Positions 26,492 to 41,710 are shown, numbered from the stretch's first letter. The stretch is DNA of 64,000 bases from Octopus vulgaris (GCA_951406725.2 OX597815.1:72664001-72728000), one strand, 5' to 3'. Numbers and translations are program-made. Notes: a model not told the origin generated them from the sequence alone.

Positions 26492-27633
26492 CTAGCAGTA
26501 TCGCCCGGCGTTGCTCGGGTTTGTAAGGGAAATAACTATAAAGCATTTTCAGAGAGTTATAGCCAAAAAAATGCATTAATAATGGAAAAGAAATGATGGT
26601 AAATTTTTTTTTTAAATCGTTGACTCACCGTAGACATTTTTAGAGAGTTACTTCCCTTATATAATAGCGAAAAAATGCATTAAAATGGGAAAAAATGATG
26701 GTAAGTTATTTTTAAAATCGTAGACTCATCGTAGACGCGCGCTAATACCAGAGGGGCTCGATATGAATCACGACTATAAGATACCCGGTTTTGGTTAAAC
26801 TACACTGCAAAATGTGGGAATAGTTAGGAATCTAAATCGTAGGAGACAGACATACAATCTTACTTTTATATCTATATATATAAAACTCTAGTTGTGTGAG
26901 TGTCTGTCTCCTTCGATTTAGATTCCTAACTCCTCCCACATTTTGCGGTGCAGTTTAACCAAATTCGGGTATCTTATAGTCGCGCGCTAATACCAGAGGG
27001 GCTCGATATGAATCACGACTATAAGATACCCGGTTTTGGTTAAACTACACCGCAAAATGTGGGAATAGTTAGGAATCTAAATCGTAGGAGACAGACATAC
27101 AATCTTACTTTTATATCTATATATATAAAACTCTAGTTGTGTGAGTGTCTGTCTCCTTCGATTTAGATTCCTAACTCCTCCCACATTTTGCGGTGCAGTT
27201 TAACCAAATTCGGGTATCTTATAGTCGTGATTCATATCGAGCTCGTCTGGCTATTAGCGCGCGTCTACGATGAGTCTACGATTTTAAAAATAATTTAACA
27301 TCATTTTTTATTCCATTTTAATGCATAATTTTTCGTGTGTCGATGGCGGCGGAGTTGGCGTCCACGCTCACAGCTGCACCTGTTTGCTTCTCCCCCTTCC
27401 CTCCCTCGTGAAGCTGTGGGGAAGGGAGTGTAAAGAAATCAACGTCGTAATGCGTTGTCAAGGAGACCAGCGTTCTTTTAGAACAACGACTTCATGGCTT
27501 GAAGACACCAAAACAGAAATGGCTAAGAAAGCCCGAATTGGCATCTATAAGGGAAGTAACTCTCTAAAAATGCTTATATAGTTATTTCCCTTACAAACCC
27601 GAGCAACGCCGGGCGATACTGCTAGTATAAAGA
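26492..27633 (-). mobile_element. Non-autonomous Helitron (outer) inserted in Gypsy gag
   Basis: 5' TC at 27633-27632; 3' hairpin CCCGAGCAACGCCGGG plus CTAG at 26495-26492. A|T target with no TSD; excision gives AAG TTT A|TA TTT CCT (KFIFP). Confidence 0.85.
27116..27625 (+). mobile_element. Non-autonomous Helitron (inner, 510 bp) inserted in the 5' end of the outer Helitron
   Basis: A|TCTATATATATAAAA ... CCCGAGCAACGCCGGGCGATACTGCTAG|T. Confidence 0.85.
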
Positions 27634-28425
27634 TAAACTTACAGTATTTTTCATGCTCTATCGTCGCCAGTTCCCTCAGAATTAGACGCGTTTTCATTTC
27701 GTCCGTCTAGTCTTGGTATTCTTCTTCGAAATTTTGTTCAACTCTTCGGTAATATACCTCGAAAGTGATTACTTCTGCCGGGTCATATTTAAATTCAATT
27801 ATTGAATTTGCAACATGGCCTGGTGAAAACGTATTTTCCGTTTTGTTGGCAACTTCATTAGTTGTAACATTTGTTGTTGTTGTTGCTGTTGTTTTTGCAA
27901 CTCAACTAAACCCTCTAACAAGTTTTCCAAAAATTTTACAGATTTTTCGTTTACAACAAAAATATTTGTTACTTCTCTATCGAGTTTTTAATTTCTCCAC
28001 GTGAAAACCTTTTCAACGCCGTCCGTGTGAATTACTCTTTTACTCTTTTACTTGTTTCAGTCATTTGACCGTGGCCATGCTGGAGCACCGCCTTTAGTCG
28101 AGCAAATCGAGCTCAGGACTTATTCTTTGTAAGCCTTAGTACTTATTCTATCGGTTTGTTTTGCCGAACCGCTAAGATACGGGGACGTAAACACACCAGC
28201 ATCGGTTGTCAAGCGATGTTGGGGGGACAAACACAGACACACAAACATATACACGCACGTACATACATACATATATACATACATTTATGTACATACATAC
28301 ATACATACATGCATACATATATATATATATACATACATATATATATACATACATATATATATATATACATATATATATACATACATATATATATATACAT
28401 ATATATATACATACATATATATATA

Positions 28426-28463
<38 letters not shown>

Positions 28464-28505
28464 CATATATACATACATATATATATATATATACATATAT
28501 ACATA

Positions 28506-28537
<32 letters not shown>

Positions 28538-28669
28538 CATACATATATACATATATATATATATACATACATATATATATATACATACATATATATATAT
28601 ATACATACATATATATATATATACATACATATATATATATATATACATACATATATATATATATATATA

Positions 28670-28701
<32 letters not shown>

Positions 28702-28765
28702 CATACATATATACATATATATATATACATATATACATATATATATATACATACATATATACATA

Positions 28766-31200
<2,435 letters not shown>

Positions 31201-31293
31201 TTGATAAAACGGTAAGATAACAAAAGAAAGAAAGAGACCTCAATATTATGTAAATAGAGGAAATTTATCTATACAATATGTTACATTACTCGG

Positions 31294-31367
31294 TAGTCAA
31301 AATAAAACTCTGAGTTTCAGATGCCGAAGTGGAAATCCACAACACCATCTCTTCGGTTATCTGGCTA
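31294..31367 (-). ncRNA. Variant type I hammerhead ribozyme in the Penelope pLTR
   Basis: UAGCCAGAUAA-CCGAAGA-[GAUG...CAUC]U-GAAAC-UCAGA-GUU-UUAUUUUGACUA. Long stem I and palindromic stem III; the core has C at position 4 and an extra U before G12. Confidence 0.6.
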
Positions 31368-31556
31368 TTTGAAAACGTTATGAAAAAATACCGTTAAAAA
31401 TGAAGGGAAATTACTCTGTTATAACTCTGCTTTGCCTGCGTACTTATACATCGCTCGCATTTTTCGTCATAAAAATTATATAAAAATACATAAAAATATA
31501 TAAAAATATATAAAAATATATAAAATCTTCTTGGGACATAACATAGAAAGCATGTT

Positions 31557-33215
31557 CTATCCGTTTTCTTTAGGGGACCAAAAACGTAACAGAAATTTAG
31601 TCACATGTGGGCATGATCCGAAAAACTCTGTCCTTGTATTTAGACATGTGGTAGGGTCTAAGCTGCTTTTCCAGATAAGCCATCTCTCCATGTCGCATAA
31701 ACCGCACCTTCCGCTGCCGTTAGTATAGGGCTTACATCTGGCCAAAATCTTCCATTGTATGTTATAATCGACACCTTTATCTCTTAAAGACCAAATATGA
31801 TTGGATAATTGTGTCGCTTTTCTTTTGTTCCAGTGCCTAAAGCTCAAAGTGTGGTTATTGAACCTGGCCTTGAAATTACCCTCTGTCAGGTCCACGTATT
31901 TCTTCGTCGAAACGGTGTCTTTAGTGGTTATAGAGTTTACGGTAGCTTCATATATGATGGTCTTGGACATGCAGGCTTCATTTAGCGGGCACAATTCTTT
32001 ATTCCTGCATGAACAGCTGTTTTCTTTTTGTGTTTTTTGTATGTTATGATTGATTATGTTTTTAAAATTGGTAGTTGAACTAAAACTAATTTTTAAATTG
32101 TGTCTATTGAAGAGTTTCCTATAAGCATGGTTAAATGGAAAATGTCTATCTATCAGTGCTAGGAAATATTTACCTATATTGAAGGCCACCTCGGGTGAGT
32201 AAGGGGGCGTAAACCAGATGACCTTCCTATTTCTATTATTCCTTTTCCTTATTGTTGGGCTGGTGATAGGTGTATATTTTATTTTTTCGCTAAAACCACT
32301 ATCTTTTAAAGCTTTATTATAAACTGGGGCAACGCTATTAAAGATGTCCTCATTAGATGAGAGGCTAGAAATCCTCTTACTAATATTTTTAACTAAATTT
32401 TTGAATACTATAGGGGGATGGCATGAACCTACATTAATATAACTTAGTCTATCATTGGGCTTCCTATAAGGCTTATAAATATTATTATTAAGATCTAAGG
32501 AAACGTCTAAGAAATTGACAACCGTCAGGTTAGTGTCTATAGTTATACTAAGTCCGAAGTGTTTCATTAACTGGATAATATCCTTCCTAAAACGATCTTG
32601 TGCTGGTCCATTTGTATTAGCTGTTAAGGCGAGGGCATCATCTTTGTAGATGGCGAAATGTACGTTAGGGAATGTCTTACCGAAGGTATCTAGGAGAAAG
32701 AGTCCAATTAGATCACAGATGCCTGCCCCATCATATGAACCCATGCTCACATCGAAAGCGCCCTCCGTGTCGGTGTTTTTTACCCACTTTGCATTCTCAC
32801 TGAAAAGTAATGTCTTTCTAGCATGGAAGATTATATCCTTATCATTGGTACTAATTTCTATGAAGTCACTAGCGAAGATTAGGGCTTTATCTAGCAGTTC
32901 TTTAGAGATAGAGGCATAAAAATTAACAATATCGAATTGTGTAAACCTCGCTTTTTTCTTATTCTTAATAGCTTTAAACCAGTCTACGACTTCTATACTA
33001 TTGGACCATTGCACTAGCCTAGTATCGGTCTTAATTTTCGTATTTATTTTATCTAAAATTTCTTTGCTAATAATCCCTAGTTCTGACTTGGCTGGGTTGA
33101 TAAGCCTACATTTAGGGTTGGAAAGGAAGTTTTCTTTGTGGTCTTTAATAGTAATAATGGCCTCTTTTTGGGGGAGGGTTTCTATTTTTTTATCTAATTT
33201 AAGTTTAGCGGCGAT
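31557..33215 (-). CDS. Penelope-like RT and GIY-YIG endonuclease ORF (5'-truncated, open frame, likely inactive)
   Basis: IKDHKENF..NPKCRLINPAKSELG, FDIVNFY, MGSYDGA, YKDD, NFLDV, HPP, IWFTPPYS, CSCRNKELCPL, IIY...YVD (YVG expected), CGLC...CPH. The frame stays open upstream of the track start, up to the inversion breakpoint. Confidence 0.9.
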   Translation of the reverse strand: MAAKLKLDKKIETLPQKEAIITIKDHKENFLSNPKCRLINPAKSELGIISKEILDKINTKIKTDTRLVQWSNSIEVVDWFKAIKNKKKARFTQFDIVNFYASISKELLDKALIFASDFIEISTNDKDIIFHARKTLLFSENAKWVKNTDTEGAFDVSMGSYDGAGICDLIGLFLLDTFGKTFPNVHFAIYKDDALALTANTNGPAQDRFRKDIIQLMKHFGLSITIDTNLTVVNFLDVSLDLNNNIYKPYRKPNDRLSYINVGSCHPPIVFKNLVKNISKRISSLSSNEDIFNSVAPVYNKALKDSGFSEKIKYTPITSPTIRKRNNRNRKVIWFTPPYSPEVAFNIGKYFLALIDRHFPFNHAYRKLFNRHNLKISFSSTTNFKNIINHNIQKTQKENSCSCRNKELCPLNEACMSKTIIYEATVNSITTKDTVSTKKYVDLTEGNFKARFNNHTLSFRHWNKRKATQLSNHIWSLRDKGVDYNIQWKILARCKPYTNGSGRCGLCDMERWLIWKSSLDPTTCLNTRTEFFGSCPHVTKFLLRFWSPKENG

Positions 33216-33727
33216 GTAATTTCAAGGCCAGGTTCAATAACCACACTTTGAGCTTTAGGCACTGGAACAAAAGAAAAGCGACACAATTATCCAATCATAT
33301 TTGGTCTTTAAGAGATAAAGGTGTCGATTATAACATACAATGGAAGATTTTGGCCAGATGTAAGCCCTATACTAACGGCAGCGGAAGGTGCGGTTTATGC
33401 GACATGGAGAGATGGCTTATCTGGAAAAGCAGCTTAGACCCTACCACATGTCTAAATACAAGGACAGAGTTTTTCGGATCATGCCCACATGTGACTAAAT
33501 TTCTGTTACATTTTTGGTCCCCTAAAGAAAACGGATAGAACATGCTTTCTATGTTATGTCCCAAGAAGATTTTATATATTTTTATATATTTTTATATATT
33601 TTTATGTATTTTTATATAATTTTTATGACGAAAAATGCGAGCGATGTATAAGTACGCAGGCAAAGCAGAGTTATAACAGAGTAATTTCCCTTCATTTTTA
33701 ACGGTATTTTTTCATAACGTTTTCAAA

Positions 33728-33799
33728 TAGCCAGATAACCGAAGAGATGGTGTTGTGGATTTCCACTTCGGCATCTGAAACTCAGTTTTATCTTGACTA
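33728..33799 (+). ncRNA. Second copy of the variant hammerhead in the inverted pLTR
   Basis: Same motif with 2 nt fewer in stem III and stem I AGAUAA/UUAUCU. Confidence 0.55.
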
Positions 33800-33815
33800 C
33801 CGAGTAATGTAACAT

Positions 33816-33863
<48 letters not shown>

Positions 33864-33917
33864 CATATATATATATATATATATATGTTTTATCTTGACT
33901 ACCGAGTAATGTAACAT

Positions 33918-33965
<48 letters not shown>

Positions 33966-35504
33966 TACGACGGGCTTCTTTCAGTTTCCGTCTACCAAAT
34001 CCACTCACAAGGCTTTGGTCGGCCCGAGGCTATAGTAGAAGACACTTGCTCAAGGTGCCACGCAGTGGGACTGAACCCGGAACTATGTGGTTCATAAGTA
34101 AGTTACTTACCACATAGCCTCTTATTTTCTACTACTCTACTACTACTGACCTCCTACAACGACTGACTGTCTGACTTTATAGTTGGAAGGAGTGTACCAT
34201 TTTCATTACAACAGTTTTCCTATAAAATTTTATGCTGTGTTGCATCATTAGATGTTGTACTCGCTCTCTGTTGTAAGTACGGCGAGAGACTGTTGTGTAC
34301 GCACGACCAATATAATAAGCTAGTGTTATGAAATATACGACTCTCACATTTGTAATCAAATTTATGGTTAGGAAAACGGAAAAATTATATACCAGTTACA
34401 TAAGTACAGCCAGCCGCCACCCGTGATCAAATATGGTTCAGTGACATGTACCATACTTTCGCCAATGGTTTTAAATGCTTATTTAGTCACAGACTAAACA
34501 GACTTTCTCTCTATTCATCCACCGATGACCCAGGAGAACATCAAGAATGTGATAGTTGAAAAAGTGAGATAGATAGATAGAGAGAGAGAAGGAGGGAGGG
34601 AGGGGCGCTATGCCTGCACTTGATTGGTATTAATTTACTATTGAGTAAACTGAGACAATCCTCACGAGCACCATACGCTGCCGGAAACAGGAACTATCTA
34701 TCTATCTATCTATCTATCTACCTGCCTGCCTATCTGTCTGTCCGCCCGTTTGTCTGTTTCTCTATTTCCTTTCTTTGTTTACATCTAAATACCTATTCTC
34801 CCCATAGTCTTACAAACTGACAATTACCTATTCTCTCACAGCCGTTTTTACCTTTTGATCTTAAATCACCGACTTCTTTCATTTATTAACAATTACAATA
34901 TTATTCTCTATGTTGTGTTTTAACCGGTCCTAGCTTGTCCTAAATTTAACATGTTATTTTATTATTCAATTATTCTATCACAAACGTCTTTAGCCTTTGA
35001 TGAATAAAGGATGTGGCTCCTTACCACCACCACGTCCACCACTTCAGTTCATTAATCTAAAACCAGCGTACCGAACATGTCACCTTAGCTGTAACTACTA
35101 GCTAACAATGACCCAACGACAGAGTTACGCAGTGAAAGCAACACATCCAGGAGCTGCGATCCCTACGAACTACTTGGGAGCCGAGTATTTCCGGTTGTGA
35201 AGTGCAGCTACTGACACGATAACCCTTTTCGTGAGTGGGTCGTCAAGAAGTGGGGGGAAATCATGCCACCTGGTTTCACTTTTAACTATACTTCTTGGTC
35301 TATGTTCACCTTCAACGGAGTTAACTTATTGGTAAAGATTCGAGCCAGATTTGCGGGATATCACGATCTCTTGACACCCTGATTCAAAACTGCATTTTTC
35401 TGTTGTGTTCACAGACATCTTGGACTCCACTGAAAGAACAATTTATACCGATCAAGTGATTGGTATAAAGTAACTAATAAACATGCTTCAGCATTGGTGT
35501 AGCA

Positions 35505-35767
35505 CAGTGGTACTCAACCATTTTTTTTTTTTTTTGCCTAAGGACCCTTTTGATTCCCATTTTACATGGGTGGACCCTCAGAGCCATTCAATGTTTAAAA
35601 AAATCCTATTACCATATTTTTATAATTAAATATTATTAGGATTTGTATTATAAAAAATTTTAATATTTTGAGCATTGTAGAATTACGATTAGTTTATTGC
35701 AAATAGTCTTCAACAACAACTTATGTGGGCCCCTAAGGGCCATATGGACCCCAGTTGAAAAACACTG
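35505..35767. mobile_element. 263-bp hAT (Charlie-like) MITE
   Basis: TIRs CAGTGGTACTCAAC / GTTGAAAAACACTG; 8-bp TSD gtgtagca / ttgtagct. Confidence 0.72.
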
Positions 35768-36479
35768 TTGTAGCTAGAGTCTTATCGCCCGAGGCAACAC
35801 TCGAGTGCCTTCCATCGGACTCCTAAATTTATACAGGCTTATGCAACAAACTCAGAAGTGCCCGCCCCCGGAGAAGCGTCGTTCGAGGCGGGCACCCCTA
35901 CTCCTTCTAGTTACACTGGCCCATAGATGTGCTGTATCTTCTCTTTCTCTCTCTATCTTTTCTATTGATACGATAATAGATACTATAATAGTCCGAATGG
36001 TGTCATGCCAGCACCTCTCAGACATTTCAGAGGGAGCTTTGTGTCCTGTAAAGACAACCTCTCAAGTGCTGGCGGCATGAGGACTTCTTTTCTAAGTGGG
36101 GAACGACAAACAGATAACCAAGTTTAACAACACTTCTTGGCTAATGGAAGTTTTCAACGGAATTTAACTCTATTGACAAAATTTTGAACCGGGTTTCAGG
36201 CATACCCATTCAAATAACATTTTTCACTTGGTGCTACTGTCCTACAGAAACAGGGCGGGGAGGTTCAGGTTTTTCAGCAGACACCTTCGACAGGGACCCA
36301 GTCTGGAGGGAAACGCCTCTGGAACCTGCCCTACAAGATCGATAAATGTTACGACTCACCACATATTCTCGTATCACTCAACACCACCCACCTGTCTGAC
36401 ACTATTTTTCTTCAAGGCTGTTAACTGATAGAGGTCCCCCCAGTTTTACGTCGACTACCCCTGATAACAAATGTGTTTC

Positions 36480-36760
36480 GCTTTTGAAACAGATAAGCAA
36501 GTGACTGAAGCTACCATCTCTCACATATCTCTCGCTACATCAATGGCTTCTAACCTGAGTTAGACGCATATTTCTTCCACTGAGCAACACTTATTTGTCG
36601 TCTTTCTTGTTCTATAGACTCCACATTAAGTACTTAATTAATACAGTGCTTCTGCACCAGGATTGCAACTCTCTGGAATTTCTTTCTTGCAAATAAATAT
36701 TCGCCCAGAGACGGTTAGAAATGAACAGGGATTACATCAATTTAGTCAGCTTGGTATAGG
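36480..36760 (+). mobile_element. Possible highly decayed LINE 3' fragment
   Basis: Translated scraps RYINGF*PEL and CTRIATLWN resemble CR1/Jockey-group ORF2 ends; the match is weak. Confidence 0.3.
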
Positions 36761-36829
36761 AAGCAGAAGTTAGAAGTACCAACCCTTTTAATAGAATTAT
36801 AAAGAAAAATAGACCGTTAATACACACGT

Positions 36830-36874
<45 letters not shown>

Positions 36875-38031
36875 TTACACATTATACACACACACACATA
36901 AATATAAACACATATATATACATTTATACATTATATATACGCACGCACACACACACACACTCATCACAACTTATACTATTCACATACACATATGCATATA
37001 GATATATATATATAAATATATATAAATATATATATATATTATAAATATATATATATATTATAAATATATATATATATTATAAATATATATATATTATAAA
37101 TATATATATATATTATAAATATATATATATACACACATTTACACTTGTATATGAACATACACACACGCGCATATATATCATACACCTGTCTATAGACACA
37201 TACCCCCTCCCCTCCACACATACACAACGCTATATATGTAAAGCGACACCTACATACATACATACGTTATTCGTAACTAAATTCAGTAGTAAGAATATAT
37301 CCTTTGAATTGGTTTCGCTTGATACAAAAATTTGTCATCCTAGACTGGTCACATGACCTTAGATGTGGTTTTTTTTTTCATTTACGATCCGTGAAGTTTC
37401 GGTTGAATGAATCTATTGCCTTTATCTTCTGTCTCCACCGTTTAAAGAATATAATTTTATTTATAATCTATAGAGTCAATAATTATTTAAGTACAAGAGT
37501 GTTAGCCGTCATATGACGAGTAAATTTGGAAATATATTTTTGTCACTATAGGTAATATCAGAAAATATGGTCATACATACAATACTTATAATTTAACTTT
37601 CTATCAGATTTCTTAACGCTTATATAAAATGATAAGTGAAGGCGCGTGGCCTAGTTAGGGTGCTACACTCACGATTTCGAGATCGTGGTTTCGATTCCCG
37701 TACCTGGTGGTCTGTTGTTCATCATTATCATCAACATTTAACGTTCGTTTTCCATGCTGGCATAGATTGGACGGCTTGACAGGAACTGGCAAGGCCAGGG
37801 ACCGTACCAGGTTCCTTTTTAAGATCTGGTGGTAGGGTCTTCTCATGTAAAGAAATGCACCACATTTTGGTTCTCTGTCATCACCTTCGAAAGGTTCAGC
37901 CTTCATCCCATGTCTTCCTCGGTCTCCATCTTTAATTTGGAATCTTTGGCATGCTGTCATTTCCTGGTTCTCTAGTTTTCTCAAAACTGAAGGTAGTGGA
38001 ACATCTGGTAACATGGTATGTCTAAGCTTTA

Positions 38032-38265
38032 TGAAGGCGGCGAGCTGGCAGAAACGTTAGCACGACGGGCGAAATGCTTAGCGGTATTTCGTCTGCGTTA
38101 CGTTGTGAGTTCAAATTCCGCCGAGGTCGACTTTGCCTTTCATCCTTTCGGGGTCGATAAATTAAGTACCAGTTACGCACTGGGGTTGATGTAATCGACT
38201 TAATACCTATGTCTGTCTTTGTTTGTCCCCTCTGTGTTTAGCCCCTTGTGGGTAATAAAGAAATA
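38032..38265 (+). mobile_element. Full-length young SINE family B copy with a 17-bp TSD
   Basis: TSD ggtatgtctaagcttta at 38015-38031 and 38266-38282; A-box-like AGCTGGCAGAAACGTTAG and B-box GAGTTCAAATTCC. Confidence 0.92.
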
Positions 38266-38659
38266 GGTATGTCTAAGCTTTACAACCCATAATTTGAAAA
38301 GCAAATCAGAAAAAATCGAACCCGTTATATCGCAAACAAAATGTCGGAAAGTCGTGGCAATACTGATTTATTCCATTAAATAATAATGGTTTCAAATTTT
38401 GGCACAAGGCCAGCAAGTTCGGGTGAGGGGAGTAAGTCGATTACATGGACCCCAGTGCTCAACTGGTATTCATTTTATCAACCCTGAAATGATGAAAAGC
38501 AAAGGCAACCTCGGCGGAATTTGAACTCAGAACGTGAAGACGGACAAAATGTTTAGCAGAACTCGCCCGGAGTGCTAACGATTCTGCCATCTTACCGCTT
38601 TATTCCAATGAATAATAAAGGACAAAAGGCAAAGTCGACGTCAGCGGAATTTGAACTCA

Positions 38660-39175
38660 CCCCTCCACACACACACTAAGTGATCTGTACTTCTTCATGC
38701 AACTGTTTTCATCCAACTGCATCACATGACTAACGTAGCGCAGTCTCCTCTCTTGTACATTGCATATAATTCCTCTTATGTCCAACTTCTCTCTCAATAC
38801 ACCAGTCCTCTGTCGCACATCCAGCGAAGCATACCAGAGTCGTTCCTCTCCAGCCTTCTCATGTCGTCTGCATTTAGGTCCCATGTCTCACTAACATGCA
38901 GCATCGCAGTTCGTATACATGCATCATACAATCTTCCTTTAATTCCGAGACAGAGAGACTTTCGGTTGCCAACACAGGTAAAAGCTCTCTGAATTTTCTC
39001 CATACTATTCTTATTCTAGCATTTACACTTTCTGCACAACCTCCTCCACCTCTAATTAGGTCACCTAGGTAGCAAAAATTATTTACAACTTCCAGCACCA
39101 CCAGGACATTTAAGGAAATTAATTTCCCGTGTATCTGTGGTCTTTATGGCTCCCGTACATCGTCCACATACAAAC
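38660..39175 (-). mobile_element. RTE-clade LINE fragment
   Basis: LEVVNNFCYLGD...NARIRIVWRKFRELLP, KGRLYDACIRTAMLHVSETW and QERRLRYVSHV. Short repeats that may be its 3' end lie at about 37720-37810, 42835-42930, 48035-48150 and 49140-49230. Confidence 0.85.
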
Positions 39176-41704
39176 ACCGCTTGTTGAGCAAAATACTTCA
39201 TTTCACGTTGGTTCAGTCCACTCAGCCACACGAGATAACCTGTGGTGAACTAGCGCCCTCTTCAGGATGAGTGTTGTAACTTCAGCGACTTGTAAATGCT
39301 ATGGAAACCGGGTAAGAGGCCCTATAAGTCTTAGTAATGTTCATGGTTGATGACGATGATACAAAATGAAATAAATTCATTTGACTGCGGTCATGCTGGA
39401 GCACTGCCTTTAGTCGAACAAACTGACCCCAGGACTCATTCTTTGCAAGCCTAGTACTTATTCTGCCGAACCGCTAAGTTACGGGGGCGTAAACACATCA
39501 GCATCGGTTGTCAAGCGACGATGGGGGGGACTAACACACACATATATATATGACGGGCTCGGAACCATGTGGTTGGTAAGCAAGGTACTCACCACACAGC
39601 TATTCCTGCGCCTATTAATGATCCTTCCGCAGTAATTTTCAAAAGAAAAATATTTATTACCTTAGAACAAATTTCTCACTAGTATATCGGCTCTGCCATT
39701 TACTCCCTGACTCTTTCTCGCCGAGTGTGTATGTAACGTTCTTCTACTCATTGCCTGCCAACAAGCCTACTGTATCATCCAACATCTCTGATGGAAACTC
39801 TCTCCGCGTTTTTTTTATTCATTACCCGGCTCTCCCTATATGATGTAATATGTGACTAGAGAAATCAAGCAAGCAACCAACCCACATTTATATCGCTTCA
39901 ATCCTGCCATTCTATTCAAAACATTCTCGGAATGGTCGCGGACCCCCGATTTAAAAAAAAAGTCCAAACTGACTATCGATGGCATTGACCTTTGCAAAGA
40001 TCACAAGAACCAGCACCTCCTGTGAACAAAATTTAAAAGTAGTAATAATAAAATAATTTAACACACCTTTAATTTGGAATCTTTGGTATGCTGTCATTTC
40101 CTGGTTCTCTAGTTTTCTCAAAACTGAAGGTAGTTGAACATCTGGTAACATGGTATGTCTAAGCTTTACAACCCATAATTTGAAAAGCAAATCAGAAAAA
40201 ATTGAGCCTGTTATATCGCAAACGAAAAGTCGGAAAGTTGTAGCAATACTGACTTATTCCATCAAATAATAATGGTTTCAAATTTTGGCACAAGGCCAGC
40301 AAGTTCGGGTGAGGGGAGTAAGTCGATTACATGGATTCCAGTGCTCAACTGGTATTCATTTTATCAACCCTGAAATGATGAAAAGCAAAGGCAACCTCGG
40401 CGGAATTTGAACTCAGAACGTGAAGACGGACAAAATGTTTAGCAGAACTCGCCCGGAGTGCTAACGATTCTGCCATCTTACTGCTTTATTCCAGTGAATA
40501 ATAAAGGACGAAAGGCAATGTCGACGTCAGCGGAATTTGAACTCAGAACGTAAAGACGGACGAAATGCTAACGATTCTGCCAGCTCGCCGCTTTATTCCA
40601 TTGAATAACATTAATGTCCTAAGTTATAAAATTATTAGTCCAGTTCCGGAATTGTTAAACGAGAACATCAGGTCTTTTTCTTTCTGCTTCTAAACAAAGT
40701 ATTATTTCCCCATGAGCACACATATTTCACAGATTGAAAAACACACCGCTTGTATGACGCTGACATTTGTTTACAACCATCACGCCATGTTGCAACCAAG
40801 AGGTACCAACACATACATATATATCGAATGAACTCCAAAGAATCTGGTGCTCGTCTGCACCAACGTTTCGAACAGAGTTCTTCTTCAAGGAAAAATTAGC
40901 AGAAAAGATCTAAAGAGACACAGCAAAGCTTAACGTCCTCCTAAGTTAGAAAAACTGGCAGCAGCTCATAAAAGAACGCAGGCTTGCAGGGAATTTGTAC
41001 GAGGACAGGATGTACGACAGGTTGCATTCAGTGTCCTCCAACCAAATCCGTTGAGAAAACTTTTGTTGGCCTAGAACTATAGTATAAAACACTAACCGAA
41101 GGTGCAACGCAGTAGGACTGAACTGGAGACAGCATAGTTGAGAAGCAAACTCCTTAACCACACAGCCATGCCTGCGCCTATAACAGAATTTTATTTTTCT
41201 GTTTTTGTCTTTGGTCAGTTATTTGCTTTCTATTTAAAAACTAAAGGAAATGACTACTATTCCTCTTAAACTTTGCTTTTGTTATCTGGACATTGATGTT
41301 TTGAAACTGACCTATTTTCCATGACATTTCAGACAGATTCAGTGCTGAGTTGCTTATGTTGTAGTAAATATTCTGCTCAATACCACAGATTTGCTTGGCC
41401 TTAACCACTTGAGCATGTCTCTTAGTGGCTGACAATATGTGCATCTCTGATCATGAAGAGTGGTGGGGAAGCATCATAGCCATGTGTTGAGAGGGATTCT
41501 TTGGAGTTTGAATAAATGTAACACAAGCAAAACTTGAAGGAAATATTAGCTTTTTTTTATATACTTACTAGGGGTGATTAAATAGGAAATAACAGATGCT
41601 ATCATCCAAAGACAAAAATTGTGTTAACAGTGTAATTGATATCAAAATAGTTAAAACATTTACAACACCCAGTCGAAGACCAAATACAGCATCAAAGAAA
41701 TACA

Positions 41705-41710
41705 TTTATT
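41705..41710 (-). terminator. Candidate distal polyadenylation signal of Axin (implies a 3' UTR of about 4.5 kb)
   Basis: AATAAA on the minus strand followed about 40 nt later by GU-rich TGGGTGTTGT. The stretch back to the stop codon is U-rich and nearly TE-free. Other AATAAA hexamers exist nearer the stop, so this is not unique. Confidence 0.4.

Larger units (their letters stand above)
25880..27850 (-). pseudogene. Gypsy gag, interrupted by Helitrons
   Basis: EHEKYCKFI|FPKK, FNIRWKCL...YAGRVNREC...FKCLIFAQGL, and zinc knuckle CFCCGNTGHIKSHC. Confidence 0.85.
31201..33822 (-). mobile_element. Penelope-like element (Naiad-type), 5'-truncated, with an inverted copy of its 3' end
   Basis: RT plus GIY-YIG ORF. 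33216-33822 is a near-identical reverse complement of 31270-31879. Both flanks are (TA)n. Confidence 0.92.
37930..40545 (+). repeat. Local direct duplication of about 480 bp: copy 1 at 37930-38659 (with SINE insert), copy 2 at 40067-40545
   Basis: Near-identical sequence from ctttaatttggaatc to ggaatttgaactca. Confidence 0.92.

Noticed and set aside
26492-27625. Single foldback or TIR transposon
   Set aside because: TC/CTAG termini and A|T targets without TSD resolve it into two nested Helitrons.
33248-33538. Separate plus-strand 96-aa gene
   Set aside because: Inverted duplicate of the Penelope ORF C-terminus.
34040-34120. tRNA gene
   Set aside because: tRNA-like SINE head that continues into SINE body and has no complete cloverleaf; the same holds for the other heads.
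40857-40890. Additional hammerhead on the minus strand (UUGAAGAAGAAC-UCU-GUUCGAAACGUUGGUG)
   Set aside because: U at position 3 without a matching change at 8, a GUG cleavage triplet and no stem I; at most a dead remnant.
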